Part shown: piece after piece, positions 44,507 to 54,491 of the stretch
Numbering within the stretch: position 1 is the stretch's first letter
Layout: each line of letters starts with the position of its first letter
NCBI GenBank assembly: GCA_040905885.1
Contig: JBBDQR010000157.1
Coordinates: forward strand, 8,563-72,562
Length of the DNA stretch: 64,000 bases
Origin: Gaiellaceae bacterium
Lineage (GTDB): Bacteria; Actinomycetota; Thermoleophilia; Gaiellales; Gaiellaceae
Direction: 5' to 3'
Made by a program: the position numbers and the translations under genes
The notes under the pieces: model-generated
Told to the model about the DNA's origin: nothing
What the model saw: only the letters and a program-made list of their open reading frames with translations
The model's database searches: none

Positions 44507-45687
44507 CAGCGGAACCCGCGGCGCGGGGCGCGGGCGTGGATCGCGAGCAGCACGCCGACGGCGGCGAGGTTCGCGACGAGCGACGAGCCGCCGACGCTGA
44601 CGAACGGAAGCGGGATGCCGGTGATCGGCGCGATCCCCATCGTCATCCCGACGTTGATAAAGATCGAGAAGAGGAGCCCGACGAGGATCCCGCCGGCGGC
44701 GATCGCGGAGAAGGCGTCGCCGGCCATCGAGACGATCCGGAGGCCCCGCCAGAGCAGCAGCAGGTAGAGCAGGAGGAGCATCGAGGCGCCGAGGAACCCG
44801 CGCTGCTCGGCGAGCGAGGCGAAGACGAAGTCGGTGGCGTGCTCGGGCAGGTAGTCGAGGTTCGTCTGCGTCGCGCCGGCGACGCCGCGCCCGTCGAGGC
44901 CGCCGGCTCCGATCGCGGTGATCGACTGCTCGACGTTGTAGGTCGTGTCGGGCGAGGCGCCGGCCCGGTCCGCGAAGGCGGTGATCCGCTCGTACTGGTA
45001 CGGCTTCAGCACCGTGACTCCCGCCGCCGGCAGGAGCCAGATCAGCCCGACGGCGCCGAGCACCCCGAGGCTGCCGAGCACGCCGAGATGCAGCCAGCGG
45101 GTGCCGGCGACGAAGAGCGTCCCGGCGAGGATCGCGAGGTAGACGAGGGCGGTGCCGAAGTCGGGCTCGACGAAGACGAGCACCGCGGGGAGGGCGGTCA
45201 GGGCCACGGCGGTCGCGACCGCCCCGGCCTCGGCGACTCGCCGGCCGCGCTCGGCCAGGAAGGCGGCGAGGAAGAGGACCAGCAGGAGCTTGCCGAACTC
45301 GGACGGCTGGAACTGGAGGAAGCCGAGGTCGATCCAGCGCCGCGAGCCGCGGACGGCCGCGCCCGCGACGAGCACGAGGACGAGCAGGCCGAGGAGCGCG
45401 CCGTAGAGCGCCCGGCGGACGTGGGCGAAGCGTCTCGGGTCGACGGCGACCATGGCCACCAGCGCGACCAGCCCGATCCCGGCGAACACCGCCTGGCGGA
45501 CGACGTAGTGGTCCGGGTCGCCCGGGATGTCGTGTCGCGTGATCCCCGAGATCGCCCAGAGGCCGAAGGCGACGAGCCCGGCCGTCGCGCCGACGAGTAG
45601 CCAGTCGAGGCGCACCGCCACCGAGGCGGCCTCCTCGGCGCGGCGCGAGCGGCGGGCACGGCGGACGGGTTCCGCGTACTGGACCAT
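44506..45687 (-). CDS. rodA: SEDS-family peptidoglycan glycosyltransferase RodA
   Basis: Real part of chimeric ORF 44506..46293. Starts MVQYAEP (ATG 45687, TGATG junction with mrdA). FQPSEFGKLLLVLFLAAFL, LPEHATDFVFASLAEQRGFLG. Confidence 0.9.
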   Translation of the reverse strand: MVQYAEPVRRARRSRRAEEAASVAVRLDWLLVGATAGLVAFGLWAISGITRHDIPGDPDHYVVRQAVFAGIGLVALVAMVAVDPRRFAHVRRALYGALLGLLVLVLVAGAAVRGSRRWIDLGFLQFQPSEFGKLLLVLFLAAFLAERGRRVAEAGAVATAVALTALPAVLVFVEPDFGTALVYLAILAGTLFVAGTRWLHLGVLGSLGVLGAVGLIWLLPAAGVTVLKPYQYERITAFADRAGASPDTTYNVEQSITAIGAGGLDGRGVAGATQTNLDYLPEHATDFVFASLAEQRGFLGASMLLLLYLLLLWRGLRIVSMAGDAFSAIAAGGILVGLLFSIFINVGMTMGIAPITGIPLPFVSVGGSSLVANLAAVGVLLAIHARAPRRGFR

Positions 45688-47696
45688 CAGTCGCTCTCCG
45701 TGTACTGGATCGGACCCTCGCTCTCGATGCCGAAGTAGCGCTCGAACACCTTCAGCGCCGCCGGCGCCGCGGCGGAGCTGCCGTGGCCGCCGTTCTCGAT
45801 CACGACGCAGACGACGAGCTCGGGGTTGGCGGACGGCCCGTAGCCGCACCACCACGACTGGTCGAGCATCCGGCCGACCTCGGAGGAGTACTTCTCCGCC
45901 GTGCCGGTCTTGCCGGCGATCGGGATCGGATACGCGCCGAAGGTGCGCGACGAGGTGCCGTAGGGATCGTGCGTCGCCCGGTAGAGGCCGTCGCGCACCG
46001 CCTCGAGCCCCTGGCCGTCGAGCGGGATCTGCTGCGGGGGCACCGGGGCGAACCGCTGGAGCGTGCGGGAGGGAGCGCCGTTCTGGCCGGGCTGCTCCGC
46101 AGAGGCGACGAGATAGGGGGTGACGAGCCGGCCGCCGTTGGCGACGAGCGCGAAGAAGCGCGCCATCTGGAGCGGCGTCACGAGCAGGTCCTTCTGGCCG
46201 ATCGCGAGCTGGACCGAGTCGCCCGGCTTCCAGAGCCGGTCGACCTGCCAGCAGCAGGGGTCGGTCTTCCGCGTGAAGGTCTTGTCGCGCCACTCCGGGG
46301 TCGGCAGCAGGCCCTCCAGCTCAGGGCCGACGTCGACGCCGGTGCGCTGGCCGAAGCCGAAGCGGCTCGCCCACCCCTGGAGCGGGTGGCCGCGCTCCGG
46401 GGGCAGCCCGAAGAACGCGTCCCCGAGCTGGTAGAAGTAGGTGTCGCAGGACTCGGAGAGCGCGGTCGAGAGGGCCATCCCCTTGTTCACGTACGGGTCC
46501 CAGTTCCTGAACGTCTGCTTGACCGGGCCCTCGTCGTGCGGGCTCTGGTAGCTGCCCGTGCAAGAGAGCGTCTGCCAGGGCGAGACGATCCCCTCCTGGA
46601 TCGCCGCCAGCGCCGTCACGGGCTTGAACGTCGAGCCCGGCGGATAGAGCCCCGCCACCGCCCGGTTGAGGGCCGGGAAGTTCTCGCTGGCGGCGACCTT
46701 GTCGTCGGTCAGCGGCGCGAGCTCCTGCCGGCTCGCGTGGCCGACGTACAGGCTCGGCTGGAAGGTCGGGTCGGAGGCCAGCGCCAGGATCTGCCCGTCG
46801 CGCGGGTCGAGCGCGACGACGGCGCCGCCGTCCGCGTACCACTCCTCGTTCTGGTGGGCGAGCGCGATCCCGAACCGCAGGGACTCCTCGGCCGCCTGCT
46901 GGAGCTTCGCGTCGAGCGTCAGGCGGATCGCATTGCCCGCCTGCGCCAGCTGCGCCGGGACGATGCTCGAGCGCGGCCGGCCGAGCGAGTCAACGCGCAT
47001 CCGGGCGATGCCGGGCGATCCGCGCAGGTAGCCGTCGAAGGACGACTCGACGCCGCCCTGACCGATCTCGTCACCCGGCCAGAACGTCGGGTTCGCCTCG
47101 ACCTGGTCCTCCGTGACCTCGCCGACGTGGCCGAGGATCTGCGCGGCCAGCGTGTCGTGGGGATAGGTCCGCAGCCAGGTCTTCACCACGGCCACTCCGG
47201 GGAGCTCGTCCTCGTGCTCGCCGATGTAGATCACCTTGTCCTTGCGGACGTCGCGCTTCACGGTCACCGGGCTGAGCGGGTCGTCCTTGCGCTTCGCGAT
47301 CTCCTGCGCCATCTCGCCGACGGGGACGTTCAGGATCTGCGAGAGGCGCTTGAGCATCTGGTAGCGCCCCTTCTCGGGCAGGTCGGCCGGCCAGATCTGG
47401 ACCGAGTGGCCGACGGTGTTCCCGACCAGCACGTTGCCGTTGCGGTCGAGGATCGGGCCGCGCGGCGCCTGAAGCCGGATCGTCCGCAGCTGGTTGTTCT
47501 GAGCGGCCTGGAGGTACTGCGGGCCCGAGAGGATCTGAAGCGCCCAGAGGCGCAGGAAGAGGACGGCGAAGACGGCGAGCAGGATCATCCCGAGCACCGC
47601 GAGCCGGAACGCGACCTGGGGCGTCAGCCGGTACGGCTCGGCGACGCGCGGGTCGGGCGGCAGGAAGCGGTGCGAGGGCGAGCGGGTGCTAGCCAA
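45687..47696 (-). CDS. mrdA: penicillin-binding protein 2 (elongasome transpeptidase)
   Basis: STFKPVTALAAI (SxxK), KTGTAE (KTG). N-terminal TM plus PBP dimerisation region. TTG start at 47696. Confidence 0.9.
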   Translation of the reverse strand: MASTRSPSHRFLPPDPRVAEPYRLTPQVAFRLAVLGMILLAVFAVLFLRLWALQILSGPQYLQAAQNNQLRTIRLQAPRGPILDRNGNVLVGNTVGHSVQIWPADLPEKGRYQMLKRLSQILNVPVGEMAQEIAKRKDDPLSPVTVKRDVRKDKVIYIGEHEDELPGVAVVKTWLRTYPHDTLAAQILGHVGEVTEDQVEANPTFWPGDEIGQGGVESSFDGYLRGSPGIARMRVDSLGRPRSSIVPAQLAQAGNAIRLTLDAKLQQAAEESLRFGIALAHQNEEWYADGGAVVALDPRDGQILALASDPTFQPSLYVGHASRQELAPLTDDKVAASENFPALNRAVAGLYPPGSTFKPVTALAAIQEGIVSPWQTLSCTGSYQSPHDEGPVKQTFRNWDPYVNKGMALSTALSESCDTYFYQLGDAFFGLPPERGHPLQGWASRFGFGQRTGVDVGPELEGLLPTPEWRDKTFTRKTDPCCWQVDRLWKPGDSVQLAIGQKDLLVTPLQMARFFALVANGGRLVTPYLVASAEQPGQNGAPSRTLQRFAPVPPQQIPLDGQGLEAVRDGLYRATHDPYGTSSRTFGAYPIPIAGKTGTAEKYSSEVGRMLDQSWWCGYGPSANPELVVCVVIENGGHGSSAAAPAALKVFERYFGIESEGPIQYTESD

Positions 47697-48219
47697 GGAG
47701 CCTCACCTCGCGCAGGCCCTCGACCCGCTCGGGGCCGGCGAGCAGCCGCCGGACGAGCGCGAAGACGGGCAGCGTCAGGAGCAGGTTGCCGACGAGCGCC
47801 GCCGGAAGCGCAGTGCCGAGCGCGACGGCGGCAGAGACGGTGTCGCCGAGGATCGTGTGGAAGACGTAGCCGGCGACGGCGTACGCGATCGTCATCACGA
47901 AGACGGAGAGGAGCGGCGCGTGCGTGCGGCCGCGGCCGGTCGTCTCCCCGTAGCGGCCGATCCAGTAGCCGGCAAGCGTCAGCAGCAGCGAGGTCACGCC
48001 GAGGGTCTCGAAGGTCGCCACGTCGAAGACGAGGCCGGCGAAGAAGCCGGTGGCCGCCCCGGTCGTCGTCCCGCCGATGAGCGCGACGGCGACGACCGTG
48101 ACGAGCAGGAGATCGGGCCGGCCGCCGCCGACGTCGAAGGCGCCGACGATCGACGCCTGCAGGACGGCAGCCCCGAAGACGAGCACGCCGACCTTCAGCG
48201 CGTCGAGCGCCCGCGTCAT
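47689..48219 (-). CDS. mreD: rod shape-determining protein MreD
   Basis: 176-aa polytopic protein in the canonical position between mreC and mrdA. Confidence 0.75.
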   Translation of the reverse strand: MTRALDALKVGVLVFGAAVLQASIVGAFDVGGGRPDLLLVTVVAVALIGGTTTGAATGFFAGLVFDVATFETLGVTSLLLTLAGYWIGRYGETTGRGRTHAPLLSVFVMTIAYAVAGYVFHTILGDTVSAAVALGTALPAALVGNLLLTLPVFALVRRLLAGPERVEGLREVRLLG

Positions 48220-48259
48220 TTCGTGGCCCCCGGGAAATGCGCAGCATTTTCCGGGGCGA

Positions 48260-49198
48260 TCATCGCGGTGCCCCCTTCGGGATCAGGACGAGCAGGCTGT
48301 GCAGCGAGCCGAAGTCCACGTCGGGGCTGATCTGGATCTGCTTGTACGGGTCGGTGTCGCTCTGGCCGACGAACGTGACGGTGCCGATCGGGATCCCGCG
48401 CGGGAACGGCGAGTCGAGCGAGGCGCTGCGCGTGCCCGAGGTTACGATCCGGTCGCCGACCTCGACGGCGTACCGCTTCTCGACGAGGTCGAGGACGAGC
48501 GCGTCCTGGCCGGCGCTGCCGTGACGGACGATGCCGACCGCGTCGCTGTCGAGATCGCGCGCGCCGACGGCCATCTTCTCGTCCGTGAGCAGCGTCACCT
48601 GCGCCGTGTCGGCGGTGACCTCGGTCACGCGGCCGACGAGGCCCTCCTCGTTGACGACGGGGTCGTTCTCCCGGATGCCGTGGTTCTCGCCCGCGCCGAT
48701 CACGAGCCGCTGCTCGAACTGGCTCGGCGGGTACGCGGTCACCGGCGCGGCGACGTACTCGTAGTCCTGCGGGAAGGCGGGCGAGTTGACGTAGTCGAGC
48801 AGACGCTGCAACTCCCTGCTCTGCTCGAAGGCGAACTTGAACTGGGTCGCCTCCTGGCGCAGCACGCGGTTCTCCTCCCGCGCGCGCTTGAGCTCGTCCT
48901 TCGCCGAGACGAGGCCGGTGACGTACTCCCAGCCGTCGCGGAACGGCTGGACGACGCGGTCGGCGGCGACCTGGAACGGCTTCAGGACGGCCGAGCCGGC
49001 GCTGCGGGCGGCGTGCAGCGAGCCACCCTCGGGCTCGCGGAAGTAGAGCGTGACGAGGACGAGCGAGGCGAGCACGAGCACGCCGAGAACGACCCGGCGC
49101 TTCAGAGCCGGGTTCGTTCGCGAGGAGTGCTTCGGCGCGGCGGAGCGCTGGACCGACGAGCCCAGAACCGCCACGCGTGCGGTCCGGTTGCGTGACAC
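48260..49198 (-). CDS. mreC: rod shape-determining protein MreC
   Basis: N-terminal TM, coiled coil (KDELKRAREENRVLRQEATQFKF), then beta-barrel repeats (GLVGRVTEV...). Confidence 0.85.
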   Translation of the reverse strand: MSRNRTARVAVLGSSVQRSAAPKHSSRTNPALKRRVVLGVLVLASLVLVTLYFREPEGGSLHAARSAGSAVLKPFQVAADRVVQPFRDGWEYVTGLVSAKDELKRAREENRVLRQEATQFKFAFEQSRELQRLLDYVNSPAFPQDYEYVAAPVTAYPPSQFEQRLVIGAGENHGIRENDPVVNEEGLVGRVTEVTADTAQVTLLTDEKMAVGARDLDSDAVGIVRHGSAGQDALVLDLVEKRYAVEVGDRIVTSGTRSASLDSPFPRGIPIGTVTFVGQSDTDPYKQIQISPDVDFGSLHSLLVLIPKGAPR

Positions 49199-49235
49199 GA
49201 ACGACCCAGTTTAGGCGAGAACGCGGCCGGTTCGC

Positions 49236-50300
<1,065 letters not shown>

Positions 50301-50867
50301 CTACCCGTATCCGTAAACGCCCGGAAATCGGGCCGCGAGCAGGCGCACGAGCAGCGCGGCGGGCAGCCCGACCACGTTCAGGTAGTCGCCCTCGATCCGC
50401 TCGACGAGAGCCGCGCCGAGCCCCTGGATCGCGTAGGCGCCCGCGCGGCCCTCCCACTCCCCCGCGGCCACATAGGCGGCGAGGTCGCGGGCGGTCAGCG
50501 GGCGGAAGGTGACCCTCGTCGTCTCGCGGTGGAGCTCCTCCCAGGCCTGAGTCCGCAGGCAGAGGCCGGACACGACCTCGTGCGTCCGGCCGCCCAGCCG
50601 CTCGAGCATCGCCTCCGCCTCGCCGGCGGTCGCCGGCTTGCCGAGCACCTCGCCGTCGAGGACGACGAGCGTGTCGACGCCGAGCACCGGCCGCTCGCCG
50701 CCCTCGACCGACCGCGCCTTCCCCGCTGCGTGCTCGACGGGGTCGTCGCCCACCTCCTCGTAGCCCGGCACGACCGCCTCGAAAGGAAGCCCGAGCTGCG
50801 CGAGGATCGCACGCCGCTGCGGTGAGGTCGAGGCGAGGACGATGGGCGGCGCGGGAGGAGCGCTCAT
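50301..50867 (-). CDS. maf: Maf-family nucleoside triphosphate pyrophosphatase
   Basis: IVLASTSPQRRAILAQLGLPFEAVVPGYEE..., AGAYAIQGLGAALVERIEGDYLNVVGLP. Confidence 0.9.
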   Translation of the reverse strand: MSAPPAPPIVLASTSPQRRAILAQLGLPFEAVVPGYEEVGDDPVEHAAGKARSVEGGERPVLGVDTLVVLDGEVLGKPATAGEAEAMLERLGGRTHEVVSGLCLRTQAWEELHRETTRVTFRPLTARDLAAYVAAGEWEGRAGAYAIQGLGAALVERIEGDYLNVVGLPAALLVRLLAARFPGVYGYG

Positions 50868-51061
50868 CAGCGTGGAGGTGCCGGTATGCCGAGCTGCCGG
50901 CAGATCGCGGCGGCCGTCCCGTACGGAATCTCGCGATGACGAGGGACGGTGACCGGCCGCTCTGCAGTCGGGCTTCGCCAGACATCGTGGCGGCGCCCGT
51001 GGCGAATGCGTTCGCAGCCGTTCTCGGAGAGGTGTCGCTCGAGGTGGCGGAGCGATGTCAC
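50867..51061 (-). CDS. hicA: HicA-family mRNA interferase toxin
   Basis: VTSLRHLERHLSENGCERIRHGRRHDVWRSPTAERPVTVPRHREIPYGTAAAICRQLGIP. GTG at 51061 (alternative GTG at 51112). The stop shares a base with the maf ATG (TGATG at 50865-50869). Confidence 0.75.
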   Translation of the reverse strand: MTSLRHLERHLSENGCERIRHGRRHDVWRSPTAERPVTVPRHREIPYGTAAAICRQLGIPAPPR

Positions 51062-51094
51062 GCCGGAAGTATCGACGGCGTTCTCAACTACCCT

Positions 51095-51322
51095 ATGCAC
51101 GTGGAGCTGCACGTCGTCTTCGAGCCCGACGAGCAGGGCTGGGTACGCGCCACGATCGAAGAGCTGCCGAGCGTGATCACCTGCGCTCCGACTCTCGAAG
51201 AGGCGCGCGAGTTGATCCGGGACGCTCTGGCTGAGTGGCTCGCTGCCCTCACCTCGGAAGAGCGAGCAACCGCCATCGGGACCGACGCCAGACGCGAGAC
51301 GATGACGCTGACAGTCGCGTAG
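51095..51322 (+). CDS. hicB: short HicB-like antitoxin (UPF0150 fold only, no DNA-binding domain)
   Basis: MHVELHVVFEPDEQGWVRATIEELPSVITCAPTLEEARELIRDALAEWL. Internal ATG of ORF 50822..51322. Confidence 0.65.
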   Translation: MHVELHVVFEPDEQGWVRATIEELPSVITCAPTLEEARELIRDALAEWLAALTSEERATAIGTDARRETMTLTVA

Positions 51323-51337
51323 CGGCTCCTCGACCGT

Positions 51338-52102
51338 TCACCGCTTGCGCGCGACCCAGATCTCCTCGGCCGGCCACTTGCGCGCCCAGTCGGCGGTCAC
51401 GAAGTCATAGAACTCGTGCGAGTCGGCGTCATCGGGCGCATAGAGGTCGATGACGCGCTCGAGCTCGAAGCCGCTCTCCCGAAGGACGTCGATCAGCACC
51501 GCCGCCGGCAGATGGAATTCGACCTCTCCCGTGTCGGGCCACTCGATGCGGCAGAGCCCGCGCTGCGGCCGTTGGAGCTGCTCGGTCGCGCCTTCGAGGC
51601 TCTGGTGAAGGATGACGATCGTCGAGTTGCGCAGGAAGACAAGGCGGCCGCCCGGCCGGAGCAGCCGAGCCGCCTCAGGAATCCAGCGGTACGGGTCCGC
51701 CCAGATCGAGGCGCCGTACTCTGAGAGGGCGAGATCGAACGAGGCGTCCGGCAGCGGGACGCTCTCGGCGACGGCCTCGACGAGCGGGAACTCGATCCCC
51801 GTCTCGGCCATCATCCGCCGCGCGGTCTCGAGCTGGGCCGGCGTCGGGTCGACGCCGACCGGCCGCGCGCCGAGCCGCGCCAGCTGGGCGGAGACGTACG
51901 CGGTCCCACAGCCGAGCTCGACGACGTCGAGCCCGGTCACGTCGCCGAGTGCGCGGAGCTCGGCCTCCGGAATCCCGAACACGCCCCAATCCAGCTCGCG
52001 CGCCCAAGCCTCGGCGGCCTTGCGGTCCGTGTACTTCGCGTTGTTCTCGGTCCAGATCGCAACGTTGCGCGCGACGTACTCGGGGTATTCAGGCGAGCTC
52101 AT
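51338..52102 (-). CDS. class I SAM-dependent methyltransferase (paralog 1)
   Basis: VVELGCGTAYVSAQLARLGARPVGVDPTPAQL...RLLRPGGRLVFL. ATGA overlap with the paralog 2 stop (52099-52102). Confidence 0.8.
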   Translation of the reverse strand: MSSPEYPEYVARNVAIWTENNAKYTDRKAAEAWARELDWGVFGIPEAELRALGDVTGLDVVELGCGTAYVSAQLARLGARPVGVDPTPAQLETARRMMAETGIEFPLVEAVAESVPLPDASFDLALSEYGASIWADPYRWIPEAARLLRPGGRLVFLRNSTIVILHQSLEGATEQLQRPQRGLCRIEWPDTGEVEFHLPAAVLIDVLRESGFELERVIDLYAPDDADSHEFYDFVTADWARKWPAEEIWVARKR

Positions 52103-52854
52103 CCGCGCTTTCGGGCGACCCAGATCTGCTCCGACGGCCACTGCCGACCCCACTCGGCCGTCATGTCGGAGTAGAACTCGTGCGTTCTCGATTCGGGAGA
52201 AGCCTGAAGCTCGACCAGCCGCTCGACCTCGAAGCCGCTCTCGCGCAAGACCGCGATCCAGTCGCCGTAGCCGAGCTGGAACTCGACGGCACCCTCCGAC
52301 TCGGGCCAGACGAAGCGGTGCATGCCGAAGTACGGCCGCTGGAGCTCGGTCGTGATCGGGCCGGCGTCCGGATAGCAGATCGTCGCGAGCGGCGTCCCGT
52401 GGATGAAGAGGAGCCGCCCGCCGGGCCTCAGCAGCCGCGCGGCCTCGGGAATCCAGCGATACGGATCGGCCCAGTTCGAAGCGCCGTGCCCCGAGTACGC
52501 GAGATCGAAGGCCTCATCCGGCAGCGGCACGTCCTCGCCGAACGCCTCCACGAGGGGGAACTCGAGGCCGGTCTCCCTTTGCATCCTGCGGGCCGTATCC
52601 AGCTGCGCCGGCGTGGGGTCGACCCCCACCACCCGCGCGCCCCGCCTAGCGAACCAGGCGCAGGAGAAGGCCGTCCCGCAGCCGAGCTCGACCACGTCCA
52701 GTCCGCCCACGTCCCCTAGGACGCCGAGGTCGGACTCGGGGATCTCCCAGACCCCCCACGTGAATTCCTCCTGTGCCCAGGCGCGCTCGGCGGCGGCGTC
52801 CGTGTACTCGGCGTTGGACTTCGTCCAGAGCCGGACGTTCTCAGGCGAGCTCAT
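52099..52854 (-). CDS. class I SAM-dependent methyltransferase (paralog 2)
   Basis: VVELGCGTAFSCAWFARRGARVVGVDPTPAQL...RLLRPGGRLLFI. Colinear with paralog 1. Confidence 0.8.
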   Translation of the reverse strand: MSSPENVRLWTKSNAEYTDAAAERAWAQEEFTWGVWEIPESDLGVLGDVGGLDVVELGCGTAFSCAWFARRGARVVGVDPTPAQLDTARRMQRETGLEFPLVEAFGEDVPLPDEAFDLAYSGHGASNWADPYRWIPEAARLLRPGGRLLFIHGTPLATICYPDAGPITTELQRPYFGMHRFVWPESEGAVEFQLGYGDWIAVLRESGFEVERLVELQASPESRTHEFYSDMTAEWGRQWPSEQIWVARKRG

Positions 52855-53257
52855 CGCCGAACCAGAGCTCGATCTCCTCGGCCGCCGTCTCCGGGGAGTC
52901 GGAGCCGTGGACGAGGTTGTCCGGCATCGAGAGCGCCAGGTCGCCGCGGATCGAGCCCGGATCCGCGTCGGCCGGGTTCGTCGCGCCGATCGTCGTCCGG
53001 CACGTCGCGATCGCGCCCTCGCCCTCGAGCACGAGCGCGAGCGTCGGGCCGGAGGTGATGAAGTCGACGAGCTCGCGGAAGAACGGCTTCTCCCGGTGGA
53101 CGGCGTAGTGGCGCTCGGCGAGTTCGGTGCCCACGGTGGCGAGCTTCGCCGCCCGCAGCTCGAGCCCGCGCGCCTCGAAGCGCCGGAGGATCTCGCCCGC
53201 GAGCGCGCGGCGCATCGCGTCCGGCTTGATCAGGATCAGCGTCCGCTCGACAGCCAT
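52841..53257 (-). CDS. ndk: nucleoside diphosphate kinase
   Basis: MAVERTLILIKPDAMRRALAGEILRRFE..., NLVHGSDS. Real part of chimeric ORF 52841..53638. Confidence 0.95.
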   Translation of the reverse strand: MAVERTLILIKPDAMRRALAGEILRRFEARGLELRAAKLATVGTELAERHYAVHREKPFFRELVDFITSGPTLALVLEGEGAIATCRTTIGATNPADADPGSIRGDLALSMPDNLVHGSDSPETAAEEIELWFGDELA

Positions 53258-53281
53258 GCGAGGCGCGAGTTTACTTGCGCC

Positions 53282-53866
53282 GTGGGGCAGTTCCATTTTG
53301 ATCCCGGCTCGTACCTGGAGCTGATGCACGCCGAGCTGCCGGGCTACGAGCAGCTCCAGGACGAGGTCGGCCGCGCGGCGGCGGGGCTCGAGCCGGCGGA
53401 CGTGCTCGAGCTCGGGACCGGCACGGGCGAGACCGCCGCGCGGATCCTCCGCCTCTACCCGGGGACGCGGCTGACCGGCATCGACTCCAGCCCGTACATG
53501 CTCGCCGCCGCCCGCGCCGAGCTCGGCCAGAGCCCGACCCTGATCGTCGCGCGCCTGGAGGATCCACTGCCGCCCGGGCCCTACGACCTCGTCTTCTCGG
53601 CGCTCTCGGTCCACCACCTGGACAGGGAGGGGAAGCACGACCTCTTCCGCCGCGTGGCCCGTGTGCTCAGGCCCGGCGGCCGCTTCGTCCTGGGCGACGT
53701 CGTCGTGCCGGCCGACCCGGCCGACGCCGTGACGCCGCTGTCGCCCGACTTCGACCTCCCCGACACGGGCGCCGACCAGCTCGCCTGGCTCGAGGAGGCC
53801 GGCTTCGCCGCCCAGCTCGCCTGGAGCCTCAGGGACTTGGCCGTTTTCGCCGCGGAGCTGCCGTAG
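53282..53866 (+). CDS. class I SAM-dependent methyltransferase (third, unrelated subtype)
   Basis: VLELGTGTGETAARIL..., LRPGGRFVLGDVV. In-frame GTG at 53282. Real part of chimeric ORF 52403..53866. Confidence 0.75.
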   Translation: MGQFHFDPGSYLELMHAELPGYEQLQDEVGRAAAGLEPADVLELGTGTGETAARILRLYPGTRLTGIDSSPYMLAAARAELGQSPTLIVARLEDPLPPGPYDLVFSALSVHHLDREGKHDLFRRVARVLRPGGRFVLGDVVVPADPADAVTPLSPDFDLPDTGADQLAWLEEAGFAAQLAWSLRDLAVFAAELP

Positions 53867-54398
53867 CCCCCGCCGCGCGCGGCCGCTCCTCCCACGAGTC
53901 GGCGCTGCGCACCGCGGTCGGCGCGTCCACGGGCGTCTCGCAGTAGGGGCACACCTGCCAGAGCGCCTCGAGCGGCGCCTTGCAGTTGACGCACGACTGC
54001 TTCAGCTTCGTCGTGCAGACCGGGCAGACGAGGAAGGTTGCCTCGACCTCGGCGCGGCACACGGGACAGCGCAGGTCGCGCGCCGCGAGCCGTTCCTCCA
54101 TCGCCTTGATCTCGAGCTCGCGCTCGCGCACGTCCTCCAGGTACTCGGGCGGGCGGAAGAACAGGTAGACGATCGGGCCGAGGAACGGCGGCACGGCGCC
54201 GAGCACAGTCGCCACGCCGACGAGCCACGGGTCGGAGATCCGGCGGCGCGCGTCCTTGTAGACCCAGAAGACGGTCGCCAGCCAGAAGACGAAGACGAAG
54301 AAGATCGTCAGGTTCCGGATCAGATGCCACGTCGTCGAGTCGAAGAAGTCGCTGACGCCTCCGAAGAGGTCGTGGTTCGTCGCGAGCACCGAGGTCAT
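53829..54398 (-). CDS. membrane protein with PLD-nuclease-N-terminal-like TM domain and double zinc ribbon
   Basis: VFWVYKDARRR...LGAVPPFLGPIVYLFFRP. CPVCRAEV...CPVCTTKL...CVNCKAPL...CPYCETPV. Confidence 0.7.
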   Translation of the reverse strand: MTSVLATNHDLFGGVSDFFDSTTWHLIRNLTIFFVFVFWLATVFWVYKDARRRISDPWLVGVATVLGAVPPFLGPIVYLFFRPPEYLEDVRERELEIKAMEERLAARDLRCPVCRAEVEATFLVCPVCTTKLKQSCVNCKAPLEALWQVCPYCETPVDAPTAVRSADSWEERPRAAGATAAPRRKRPSP

Positions 54399-54491
54399 AG
54401 GAGCATCTTGCCGATCAGGTACCCCGCGGCAAACGCAAGCGCGACGATCGCCGCCACCAGGGCGGTCGCGAACGCGAAGACGCTGAGCTGT

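Noticed and set aside
54395-54491. A short hydrophobic reading frame (…VFAFATALVAAIVALAFAAGYLIGKMLL*) between folC and the zinc-ribbon gene, whose stop overlaps the downstream ATG (ATGA).
   Set aside because: The only canonical in-frame start (GTG) would give about 20 codons. That is too short to support without expression data.
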